IMG/VR virus record: IMGVR_UViG_3300020045_004441
Span: 13,056 to 77,055 of that record
Reading direction: 5' to 3' (one strand)
Source: a virus
Lineage: Duplodnaviria > Caudoviricetes
DNA: 64,000 nt
Program-made: the position numbers and the translations under genes
In this document: piece by piece, positions 30,510 through 40,206 of the stretch
Layout of the letters: each line of letters opens with the position of its first letter
How positions within the stretch are numbered: position 1 is the first letter of the stretch
The notes under the pieces: generated by a model
Told to the model about the DNA's origin: nothing
What the model saw: only the letters and a program-made list of their open reading frames with translations
Databases searched by the model: none

Positions 30510-31646
30510 TTATATGGTATTTTTGTTGTAATTCGCTATCTGCTCATAAACTCTTTCTGATGGTTCCCTAGGTAATTCTGCAAAGTAATTACATGCACCT
30601 AGGAACATAAGATCTATGGATGCGCTAGATATTCCATTACGATTAAGGTTAATTAGCAATTCTCTATGATTCATACCAATTCTAGCTAAATCCCAGCCAT
30701 TATATGATGGAATCTTATAATTATAGGGCCAAAACAGACTAATCATTAAATTTGCATCATTCTTGGTTGATTTATTATCAGCTAATCCTTCTGGGTTGGG
30801 TTTCAATCGTTCAATCATTACATCTCCACGATTAGTATATTGCGCATCCGTGGAATTCGCAGTTTGTTGCTGGATGAGTACTGGTGAATATCCCCATCTA
30901 TCTCTAAGTTTAAGAAATATTTTGGATGATAATTCCCCAATTGCTTCATATAGAGAGCTTTGATCCTTCTGTGGAGAAATCAAACCACAGTGATCAACAA
31001 GAACGACTACATATTCATCGGGTTTATTTGGAATATATCTATCAACAACCTTTTTAACAGTTGAGCTGCCATCATCTTCCTGCCAAGCAACATCCTTATA
31101 TTCATAATGACCATTAGCTTCAGCATAGGATTTCATTGTAAGTAATATGCCAGTAGTATTTCTAATATCATCATGAATTGTCACAATTGATTGAAATTCC
31201 ATTAACCATTGTTGAAATTCTCTAGAATCAATAATCTTCAACAATCTATCATCAAGAGTATACCCAGCAAATACAGATTGTAAATTATCTGGACTAATTA
31301 TAATCCCATACGATTTAAATAACTTATAACTAATTGCAGATATGATCAACAAGTCTGCACTAATTTCAAGACTAAAGTAGAATATCTTAAGAGTTATGTT
31401 TGTTGAATCTCTATTTGTAAGATACCAGTCAATTGGTTCAAACATATATAAGTAATTGGCTAACTGAGACTTACCTCCTTTACTTTGGGCCGAAATTATT
31501 GTAAATTGCTTTTGTCTAACTCCTGGAAGTATTGATGAAAGTCTTGGTAGACTCCATGGTATCGCTATTAGGTCTCCATTTAATTTACGCTCTCTGTTTT
31601 GTTTAAGCTGATCAACAACTCTTTTAATCCTATCTTTCTCTTCCAT
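30510..31646 (-). CDS. dnaB: DnaB-like SF4 replicative helicase
   Basis: AQSKGGKSQL (Walker A variant), FSLEIS, VLVDH, IQQQ, DNKST..DA, RNG. Confidence 0.8.
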   Translation of the reverse strand: MEEKDRIKRVVDQLKQNRERKLNGDLIAIPWSLPRLSSILPGVRQKQFTIISAQSKGGKSQLANYLYMFEPIDWYLTNRDSTNITLKIFYFSLEISADLLIISAISYKLFKSYGIIISPDNLQSVFAGYTLDDRLLKIIDSREFQQWLMEFQSIVTIHDDIRNTTGILLTMKSYAEANGHYEYKDVAWQEDDGSSTVKKVVDRYIPNKPDEYVVVLVDHCGLISPQKDQSSLYEAIGELSSKIFLKLRDRWGYSPVLIQQQTANSTDAQYTNRGDVMIERLKPNPEGLADNKSTKNDANLMISLFWPYNYKIPSYNGWDLARIGMNHRELLINLNRNGISSASIDLMFLGACNYFAELPREPSERVYEQIANYNKNTI

Positions 31647-32074
31647 TAATCATCTATCATTTCCGCTAATTCCTTAAACGACCACTGAGACTCTCCACCA
31701 CCATTATTAATATAATCTTTATATACGATGCCTTTAATGGTGTCATAGTCACCTATATTTAGTAATCCACAATAAAGCCTTATCTTTCCAATCGTTGGAC
31801 AGTAACAAAACAATAGTGTCTTCCTGGAACTTTCATTGTAATCATCTGATATAGATCTATATGCATTCATCATTTCCTTAATGGTCGTGCCTGGAAAATA
31901 ATGATTAGCTAATAATAATAAATCATCTGGAGATCTGTGTTTATATTTGCCACATTGTTCTTCATTGGTATCACTCCAATATGTAGCTCTACTGCCTTTG
32001 TCAAAATAATCCTTAAGCAATACTTTTAATGACTCTGGATTTTCTGGTGCTTCTTTATAATATATAGTTCTCAT
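31646..32074 (-). CDS. Hypothetical protein, paralog of 23427-23876
   Basis: RATY...QCGKYKHRSPDDLLLL..YF. Confidence 0.55.
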   Translation of the reverse strand: MRTIYYKEAPENPESLKVLLKDYFDKGSRATYWSDTNEEQCGKYKHRSPDDLLLLANHYFPGTTIKEMMNAYRSISDDYNESSRKTLLFCYCPTIGKIRLYCGLLNIGDYDTIKGIVYKDYINNGGGESQWSFKELAEMIDD

Positions 32075-32280
32075 TGTTTAACTTCTTTATTTAATCCCCA
32101 TAAGCAAAAGGCTGTATATACTAAAAACATAAATGATAGCTGATATTGCCCAATTAAATAGTTAGACACACACCAAAATGTATTAGATGCTAACCATAAC
32201 CAATATGATAATTCTTTCTTACCTTTAATATTAGCTATATATCCAGCAATTGCTATTAATGCAAATAGAAGTTTAATCAT
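32071..32280 (-). CDS. Three-TM PnuC-like (half-size) membrane protein
   Basis: Three hydrophobic helices; YWLWLASNTFW matches the PnuC W..W...N pattern. Confidence 0.45.
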   Translation of the reverse strand: MIKLLFALIAIAGYIANIKGKKELSYWLWLASNTFWCVSNYLIGQYQLSFMFLVYTAFCLWGLNKEVKQ

Positions 32281-33135
32281 CTAACTATAATTTTAACATT
32301 GCGAAGAACTTTCTTTTTAACCTCATCTCTAAATTTTGCTGGACAATCTCCACAATAACATTTATAATTACCGTGATCTGGATTTTTAGTCCAATACTCA
32401 CATTTTTTACATTCTGGCTTCATTATATTAATCCAATTAAGTGCATCATTGTTACTCCACACATTATATGATAGAATAACCAAATTGCGGTTTTTATTTC
32501 CTGAAGAGAAGGTTTAATTTGTTTTGGAGGTCTTACTAGTGGAATGAAAACTCCAATAATTGGAATCCAATATATTAATTCAATCATAACCTAATCTCCA
32601 TTGATTTAGTTGTTGTTATTGCTTCATCTTCTTTCTCTAACCATGCCATAAGAGTGCTATTGCCATCTTTTTCTATAAAATATGGTGCAATTTGCATCCC
32701 TCTATCCATGGTCATATGATTAAATTGATTAACATATTCTCTACAAACATCAATGATTTGATCATTAGTATAATCGCCCATTCCATGCCCTTTATCGAGC
32801 TTTCTGAGCTTATCTACAATGATCTTGATAGTTCCTCTCCATGGATATTTGCCGTCTTTAGAACCTCTAGGAAAGCACTCTCTGATGTCTGTGGATAATT
32901 GTGTATAATCTCTACCAATTCCTTCAATTAAATATAGAGATCTTGGAAGCAAGCTAACCATCGCCCCATCTAAAGACAAATAGCCCTTAGATTGAAGCGA
33001 TAGATAGTCTGACTTTCTTTCTGTATAATCAATTGATTTGTTATTCTGTTGAGAATAAATAGATAATAACAATAAATATTCATTGATGTTTATTCCTCTC
33101 CTACTCAATCTCTCGGTATCAATGATTATCTGCAT
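32277..33135 (-). other. Hypothetical CDS 32277-32483 (Cys-rich) and 32584-33135 (possible HTH/replication protein near the helicase)
   Basis: ORFs in replication-gene context; function inferred only. Confidence 0.45.
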
Positions 33136-33139
33136 ATTA

Positions 33140-34366
33140 TTATAAATTAATTACAAACACCTTAATGTTATTGCTAGAAGATGTGCTCCTACGATATTCT
33201 GTTTGGACTCCACCGCGTTCTGTCAATATTTCCTGCATTAATGTATCAATGGCATCGTGGCCAGATACTAATGTAAAAATCCTGAATGCTCCTCTATTCT
33301 CTTCTATAGCATTATTTACAAGAGTTTTAAATACAAGATCTTTTAATCTCTGTTGATTTACATTGTCTTCAAGTAAATCAAATCTACAACTTACTTCGAT
33401 AGATCTATGTAGGCTCTGTATGCCGTCTATTTCATCTAATCCGCAGCATCGCATATCCTCATTAATACTAAGCCCATCCTCATTGTCGTAGATAATATGT
33501 TCCTCATCATTAAAATAAAGAACAACTTCTTTATTGTCATTAACTTGTATGCCCAGTTCTATTTGCTCCCATGTTGGGAATTGTGGTCTTGGTGGTGGTG
33601 GCGGTGTAGGCGTAGTAAATAAAGCCAATTTATACTTAGCTTCAATACCATTATTATTCACACACCTGAAATGTGTTGCTTCTCTTAATGTGTCAACCTG
33701 AGTGTCATCTGAATCAATCAGAATTCCAGTATAATCACGATCTACTGTGATATTTTTAGCCTTCTGCGGGGCTGTAATACATTTTAATGTAATTTCTCCT
33801 GACATAATTTCTTCGGTTGTTGTGTTATTGATTGTTGATTGTAATTGCATTATTTGTGCAACTGTTAGTTCTTTTTCTGGTAATTGATTGAAATACTGTT
33901 CAGTTCCAACCATTGTTGTTCTACCATCACGAATAAGAACATAACTTGGCCGATCATTATCTCTTAATGATTCATAATGTAGGCTTCTGATTGGGCTTAA
34001 TATTGGTGAATATGGGTTTCTTAGTTGATATCCTTTAACACCAAGCGATAATAGCTTCTCATTCAGCAATGCCAAATCATCAACCCATGATAACCTAATC
34101 TTACAATTATTTACATCAATTTCTCCTATTCTTAGAAAATCTTGATATGAGATTTCAATCGTACCTAATCTATAATCTTCAAAGAATCTTCCACCCATAC
34201 CCAATTCTGTAGACCATCCAATTCTATTCCAAAGAATATATAACGCTACAACATCGGTTACATTATTATATAAATATTCATTCTTTGAATAACCAAGCTC
34301 AATTGCCTTATCTTGTACTTGCCTTGCTATGTCTTGATTAGGTATTCTTATTTTATAATCTTGCAT
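33140..34366 (-). CDS. Modular hypothetical protein (tandem N-terminal repeat, Pro-rich linker, CCG domain)
   Basis: Two KIR(I/L)...K...LG(Y/V) repeats, TPTPPPPPRP linker, MRCCGLDEIDGI...SSSNNIKVFVINL. Confidence 0.55.
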   Translation of the reverse strand: MQDYKIRIPNQDIARQVQDKAIELGYSKNEYLYNNVTDVVALYILWNRIGWSTELGMGGRFFEDYRLGTIEISYQDFLRIGEIDVNNCKIRLSWVDDLALLNEKLLSLGVKGYQLRNPYSPILSPIRSLHYESLRDNDRPSYVLIRDGRTTMVGTEQYFNQLPEKELTVAQIMQLQSTINNTTTEEIMSGEITLKCITAPQKAKNITVDRDYTGILIDSDDTQVDTLREATHFRCVNNNGIEAKYKLALFTTPTPPPPPRPQFPTWEQIELGIQVNDNKEVVLYFNDEEHIIYDNEDGLSINEDMRCCGLDEIDGIQSLHRSIEVSCRFDLLEDNVNQQRLKDLVFKTLVNNAIEENRGAFRIFTLVSGHDAIDTLMQEILTERGGVQTEYRRSTSSSNNIKVFVINL

Positions 34367-36403
34367 ATTGTTTAATGCTTAGTTGTTCATAATCTTCAGG
34401 TTTATTAGTCCTGTAAGCTAATAATGATGATTTTGCATCATCTATATTAACCTCAAAATATTTAGCCATTAACTCAGCTAAAGTATCATCATCTTTTGCT
34501 CCATATTGAAATTCTAGAGCAGAGATCATAACCTCTAGCTGAGCTGTGGTCTTTTGAATCTTAGTGAAATACATACCAATACCATGGTTTTAAGTGAATT
34601 TCTCTTGCCATATCAAGAATAGCTTTACGTCTGCGATTTACAGCATTGCCGTAATTCTCATAGATAGGCTTTTTCTTAGATGTTAATACTGGCTTATAAT
34701 TAAACTTACCAAACTTAACAACTTGAACTTTCTTATCATGCCTTTGAGCTGGAAATCCATATGAATTGAGGATCATTATATCCTCTCTACATTTATGTAA
34801 TAGAATTGCTTTCATTTTTTATGTTTTGTAATTCTAATATATGGAAGAATTAATTCTGGATGCTGCTTGCCAAAGAATACTCCATTAAAATCTTGATATC
34901 TAACCTCTATGGATTTTATATCTGGATTACTTAAAGACTTTTCTATTAATTCTACTAATTCTTTCATACAGTCAATCTTGCTCTAGTGTGATAAACAACT
35001 TCCTCTTCTTTGCGTACAACAACTCTACCAATAGGTGTGATTGTTTTAGTTAATTCAAGACAGAATATATGTAATGGTTTATTAATGAAGGTAATTACCT
35101 TTTCTCCATGCACTATCTGTCCTTGAACTTTAATTGGTTCTATTCGTGGTCTCATAAGAAAAATATTTTAAATGTCCAGTAAAATGCTTCAAAAATTAAA
35201 TACATTATCAAAGCTGTTAATGCATATGGAATATACCATTTAGATATTTCAAGTTTTACTAATTTAATTCCAAGCATCATCCACAGGTAAATTACCAATG
35301 CCACTAATTCAAGCGCAATTAATACTCCAATGTGATTTAATAGTGTCATAATTATTTATAAATTAATAAACATGTTAGCATTGGGCCTCCACCAGCATTA
35401 TATTCATAACAAATATAATCTTTGATGCGACCTTTAGTTTTATATATTGTAACATTGTGTAAAAATTGGGCCCTTCCACTACATTTAGGGGCATTTTCTT
35501 TGTCAATTATTGCGTTGGATACAAATGACCCTAATACTCCAAATATTGGTTTTAAATAGCATTCTAGTGGCCTTGGAACTGATGATCTCAACCCAAACGA
35601 GAATATAAATGCTTTATTTGAAGCTGATGTGCTCTGTATGTCAATTTGCTTTAATAAACTACTTTTAATTACTTCTAGGTTAGAAGTGCATGTTAGGTCG
35701 CAATCAATAAACATAGATCCAAATAGATCAATTGATTTATTTACAACCTTGACACTTTTAAGATTCCTACATCCCCTGAATATATCAGTAAATATTGTAG
35801 GTTCTATCTCACAAATCTTCAAAGCGCTTGAATCACAAATGTATTTTCTGTAGTTATCAATATGCCTCTGATAATCTGGGCCTGTTACAATAGTTGCAGA
35901 TTTAACTTTTTGAGTCAGCGCCTCACCAGCTTTTTGATAAAACTCAGCTTCTATAATGTGTTTTATAGAAGCCGAGCTAAAATCATGTGTGTATTTAGGA
36001 TTCATTATTCTCCCAAGATTTGAAATGAAAATTCAGCATCTCTGCCATAAAGATCCCAAACATACTGCTGAACAGCCATTTTAAGCTTGTTTTTAGGGCT
36101 TAATTTGTTCCACCATGGCACGCTAACAGTTTTCTTTGGTCTTGCATCATCAGACACTGCCCAGGCGCAAAATGCTCCATTAAGCGTTGTGTGTTGCTCG
36201 CAATTGTGAAATCGCGGTAATTGTACGGTTTTAAGTTGAAATACTGGCAATTTCTCACGAGTTTCGTCATATGGATTTTTCCATAATTCAAAACATTTAT
36301 GTCCATTGTCATCAACTTTTTGTGTTGCTTCAAATTTACCCAATAGGGCTTGGCTTCCTCCGATGTTCACGGTCAGATGCACTTCTGTGTTTTTATAGTC
36401 CAT
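34353..36403 (-). other. Run of small hypothetical CDS (34353-34574, 34561-34815, 34964-35155, 35152-35349 two-TM, 35352-36005, 36005-~36403)
   Basis: Coupled ORFs. The last probably starts at MDYKN, because the track start lies inside the tmRNA terminator. Confidence 0.55.
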
Positions 36404-36421
36404 AATAATATAGATTCTAAC

Positions 36422-36460
36422 TAAAAGGGTGTTGACGTACACCCTAGGAAACGTTCCTAA
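36422..36460 (-). terminator. Post-tag hairpin plus terminator ending the tmRNA gene
   Basis: TAGGAA-CGT-TTCCTA, then AGGGTGT-ACGTCA-ACACCCT-TTT. Confidence 0.7.
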
Positions 36461-36735
36461 TTAAGCTGCAATAGCAACCTCACGGAATAAATTGATAGTT
36501 TTGCCTGTTATGGCAATTAAATTCTACTCTAATCTACTAACATCGCTGTCAAAACCAGTCAGCCCCGTAAAACAATGAGTTATTGGTTCAATTAAATAAG
36601 TTATACTCATCCGTTCCATCTTTAACTCACTGTAAAACCGTACTAACGCGACGGGTTAGCGCAACTCAATTGGCTTGAGCGAGTGGAGCTGAGGGGAATC
36701 GAACCCCTGTCCAAACAACTGTATAATTAGCATCA
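36424..36735 (-). ncRNA. ssrA: Circularly permuted (two-piece) tmRNA: acceptor piece ~36735-36684, intervening segment 36683-36567, coding piece 36566-~36424
   Basis: Minus strand reads GGAC-AGGGG-TTCGATT-CCCCT-CAGCTCC-A first, then 117 nt, then GGGGCTG-ACTGGTTTTGAC-AGCGAT. The 7-bp acceptor stem has G3.U70; helix 2 pairs across the pieces. Tag ORF 36505-36461 = GKTINLFREVAIAA*. Confidence 0.9.
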
Positions 36736-36750
36736 AACGAATTTAATTTG

Positions 36751-36830
36751 TACGCAGAGATGGATTTGAACCACCGATCTTTCCGTAGCCGTAGCCCGCC
36801 GGAGTGCTTTAACCGCTAAGCTATCTGCGA
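36751..36830 (-). tRNA. tRNA-like gene with an abnormal 14-nt anticodon loop (isotype unassignable; contains CT-ACG-GC)
   Basis: Acceptor CGCAGA/TCTGCG (1:72 mismatch), D-arm GCTT-AGCGGTTA-AAGC, 5-nt variable loop, T-arm GGTGG-TTCAAAT-CCATC. Anticodon stem TCCG/CGGA encloses GCGGGCTACGGCTA. No encoded CCA. Confidence 0.7.
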
Positions 36831-36837
36831 ATATTAA

Positions 36838-37472
36838 TTACACTTTAACCCCTCTAGTCCAAATTACTGACCAAATCTCAGTGCGTGTGGCTTTATCTAG
36901 TCCAGATTTAGCCAATACTCTTGATAATGTCAGTTTACGACCAGCCTTGCGACTGAATTGATCACCATGGCCACATTTAGCAATAGCAATATTTTCAGTG
37001 CCATTAACTGTTAATACACATGATGTAGTTTTATTTGGCACATCATGATGCCAATCAATTTTAATGCTGTCAGTGATTTTCATTTTGTTGTTTTATTAAA
37101 GTATTAACTATAATTTTTCTCTAGAGTTCTTCTTCGTTCATAAAAATCAGTTGAATTTTGTAGAATATCAGAATCTGTTTTGCTCATATAAAAATATGAA
37201 TGAAATCTACCAAACCCATTTGGCCTTGAATTTACCATCCTATCACCAAAATCACAAGTGCCAAGATCATAGTACATTTTTAAAGTGGCCCATCCATGGC
37301 TTCCACCTCCATGCTTATGATCCTGAAGCAATTTGCCACAACTACATTTATGTTCAAATAATTCTTTTAATGATGGTTGTTGTTTTAATCCAACACATGA
37401 AACTATTTTAACTTTCTTAATAATCTTTTTTATATTAAACAAAGATATAATTTTACATAGCAATTTCTTCAT
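36838..37472 (-). other. Two hypothetical CDS (36838-37083, 37104-37472)
   Basis: ORFs directly upstream of the RNA genes. Confidence 0.55.
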
Positions 37473-37582
37473 ATTTATTAATTTTAAAGCTAGCCCAATT
37501 TCTCAGACTAGCTTATTTGTAATAGCCTTGATTCGATACTATCAAGTCTTCAGTCATTCCTACTCTCTGACACTCTATTGCA

Positions 37583-37669
37583 TTATTTTTCTGATGTTAC
37601 TACAGATCCACACATTGGACATTTGATACCATTATAGTGAGATCCACATGATGCACATTTATATTTCAT
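37583..37669 (-). CDS. 28-aa Zn-ribbon microprotein
   Basis: Hand translation MKYKCASCGSHYNGIKCPMCGSVVTSEK*; A-rich upstream region. Confidence 0.5.
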   Translation of the reverse strand: MKYKCASCGSHYNGIKCPMCGSVVTSEK

Positions 37670-38330
37670 ATTAATATTGTTTTAAGTTAAATAATTACCT
37701 GTCCATTTCTAAGTGGAATATTAATAATTAAAAGAGGTCTTTTGCCATTCATGTGAATCCAAGAGAAACCAATATACTATTAAACATTCTAAAAATCAAT
37801 ATCTTACAACAAACAACGTCATCTTAGCATGACTATAATATCTATGATTTCCTTACATTTCTGCGGAGTAAAGCTTTGAGAACTCCAATCATTTTTGATA
37901 TTAATATTTATCTTCAGCAGGTAACTATTATATTTTTAAAAACTACCAGAAGTCTTAACCTCTAAAACTCTGAACAATCTAATCAATTAACCACTAAAAC
38001 TCTAAATCTATGAAAAATTGACTTCTGGTAGTATAAGTAGCAATGGTTGGAATCGAACCAACATTACCCAATCTTACTATTAACGCATATCTATTCACTC
38101 GAAAGTACAAGAGGCTATTAATAATTTACATCACCGCCATTTTATTGTAAAAAAGGATTGCAGCATATCATTATTGAAGTCTGCAATCCTTAAATATTTA
38201 TTATATTCTATGTTATATCTAATTGAATCTTATTATAATGCTAGTAGGGCATACCATACTTACGCTGAATAGTGTTACACAATGGTTGTCTTTTCAATAG
38301 ACCTAACTTATGCTACGAGCTTCCTCTGAG

Positions 38331-38410
38331 TTGCCCGCAGTAGGATTGAATACCTATATCGGATGGGTTGTGAGCCCTCTGCACTATTAGTCTATTATTC
38401 GACAGTTATA
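38331..38410 (-). pseudogene. Degenerate initiator-tRNA-like element with a CAC anticodon
   Basis: GGG-CTCACAA-CCC anticodon arm (three G-C pairs), broken T-arm, 3' GCGGGCAA; D-arm and acceptor pairing are poor. Confidence 0.3.
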
Positions 38411-38502
38411 GAATACCTATAATATTTATTTATTAAATCTATTTGTTTGTAATCTAAGATAATTTAAGCCTTTTTATATCAATGCTTAGGATATTTTCAT
38501 TA

Positions 38503-38931
38503 TTATGCTGGCACTTCAGATCCAACCGAGGTAGCAATAGCTTCAGCTTCAGTTGCTTCGCTTACAATTTCGCGAGTTGATGTAAGATTGCTCAAATGAT
38601 CAACACCGCCAATTGCATCACGAGCCATCAGCTTGGCTTTCTCTTGAAGGATGTATGTATCCAACTGAGCTTCCTGGCTTAACACTTTATTTAAATCATC
38701 TGCAACAACACGACCAGTGGTTGTAATTGTCAGCGGAATTAACTCATTGCGATTTGTGCTCAATGGACGAATACTGAAAAACAATGGCTCACCAGCCTCG
38801 TTGTTACGAAGATTTGCACCTTGAGCTGCTGCATATTTAGCCAACTCTTCAACTGTACCTAACACTAGGTACACAAATACCATCAAACCACCAGCTTTGC
38901 GGTAGTAATTACTTAATTTTGCTTTTAACAT
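38503..38931 (-). CDS. Hypothetical early protein
   Basis: 142-aa ORF with strong A-rich initiation context. Confidence 0.65.
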   Translation of the reverse strand: MLKAKLSNYYRKAGGLMVFVYLVLGTVEELAKYAAAQGANLRNNEAGEPLFFSIRPLSTNRNELIPLTITTTGRVVADDLNKVLSQEAQLDTYILQEKAKLMARDAIGGVDHLSNLTSTREIVSEATEAEAIATSVGSEVPA

Positions 38932-38970
38932 TTTGTTTATTTATTAATTGTTTTTGTTTAAAACTTTAAC

Positions 38971-40058
38971 TCAATTCCAAGGTTTAATAATGAATATTAC
39001 AACCAAGGCCATAAATGTGTATAATGGCCCACTAATGATTGCAAATAATGTCTCTAATATATCAGCACCTTGCGAAGACTGATATATTTTATAGAGATTA
39101 AAGGCTCCAAATAAAAGCCATATTAATGCTATTATGTATATTGTCATGATTTAGTGTTATGTATAAAGTTTAAGAAAACTCCAAGCAATATCAATTCTGC
39201 CAATGCAGACACATAAGCTTGGTGATAAATCAGAATAGCCATACATATAGACATAAATACGCCAATAATCAAAGCTAATCTGATTTTAGTTTTCATACTC
39301 GCTGTGATTTAATTGCTTGAACTTTACGATAGCCAAAGAAGGCTAAAATTGACTTATTTGCCTGAGATTTTGAAGTGGCAAATGTATCATACTCTATTGC
39401 AGTCTTATCTGATAAGCATACAATTGTGTGAAATTTAACTGACATTTAATTTGTGTTTAATAATCGTAATCACTACCACCATTAACCCCGTGATTGTCAT
39501 CTGTGATGATATCGAAATCATCATCTAATGTGCTCTGAATTACTGTAAGTTTTTTCATATTGTTATTTAATTAAGTTTAATTGATAAGACTGGCTTGGTT
39601 GCCACTATCCACATATTAAATGTGCTACAGTACCAGTCCTTGAGGCTCTTGTATTACTAGTAATATTGTTAACAACTAATAGTCTGACTATACAGGAACA
39701 CTGAGTTACCAGACAGTACTTTAAGTTAATCCTATAGCTTAGGTAGTAACAGATGTGGATAGTATTAGTTGTTATATTATAACTCCAATGAGATTTCGTA
39801 CTCATATCTTCTAGCGGTTAGCAATCTGTCCTGTGAATATTAGACGATGGAGCAATATTTTAATAAATACAACCAGCTTGAGATCCATAACTTTCATTAA
39901 AGATAGCTGGCTGCATTATTTGTGTGTTATCGTGGCATTAGATTGCCTGTCCTAAAACTTTAAGGTAAAGGCATAAACCAATCAGCGAAGATTACTCCAA
40001 ACGTGATGATAATAGCACCGATAACAATTGCACATGTGTATCTTAGAAAGCGTTTCAT
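38971..40058 (-). other. Cluster of hydrophobic microproteins (38971-39147, 39144-39296, 39960-40058)
   Basis: Hand translations MTIYIIALIWLLFGAF..., MKTKIRLALIIGVFMSICM..., MKRFLRYTCAIVIGAIIITFGVIFADWFMPLP; the first two are ATGA-coupled. Confidence 0.5.
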
Positions 40059-40206
40059 ATAAAGCTTTTAAGTTGATGTAATACTATTAATTGCGTAATC
40101 CAATCATATCTAGCTCTAATGCGGTTATATTTAGCATGAGAATAGTGTTGAAGGGAAATTATAGCAAGATGACAGGTTGAGATGGTTAGGGAAAGGTTAA
40201 TTAAGT

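Noticed and set aside
38036-38120. Complete tRNA around the perfect T-arm
   Set aside because: No 5' acceptor strand complementary to CATTGCT and no D-arm or anticodon arm at the expected distances.
39605-39805. 66-aa ORF MSTKSHWSY...
   Set aside because: No motif; it lies in a hairpin-rich, likely non-coding stretch, so coding status cannot be supported.
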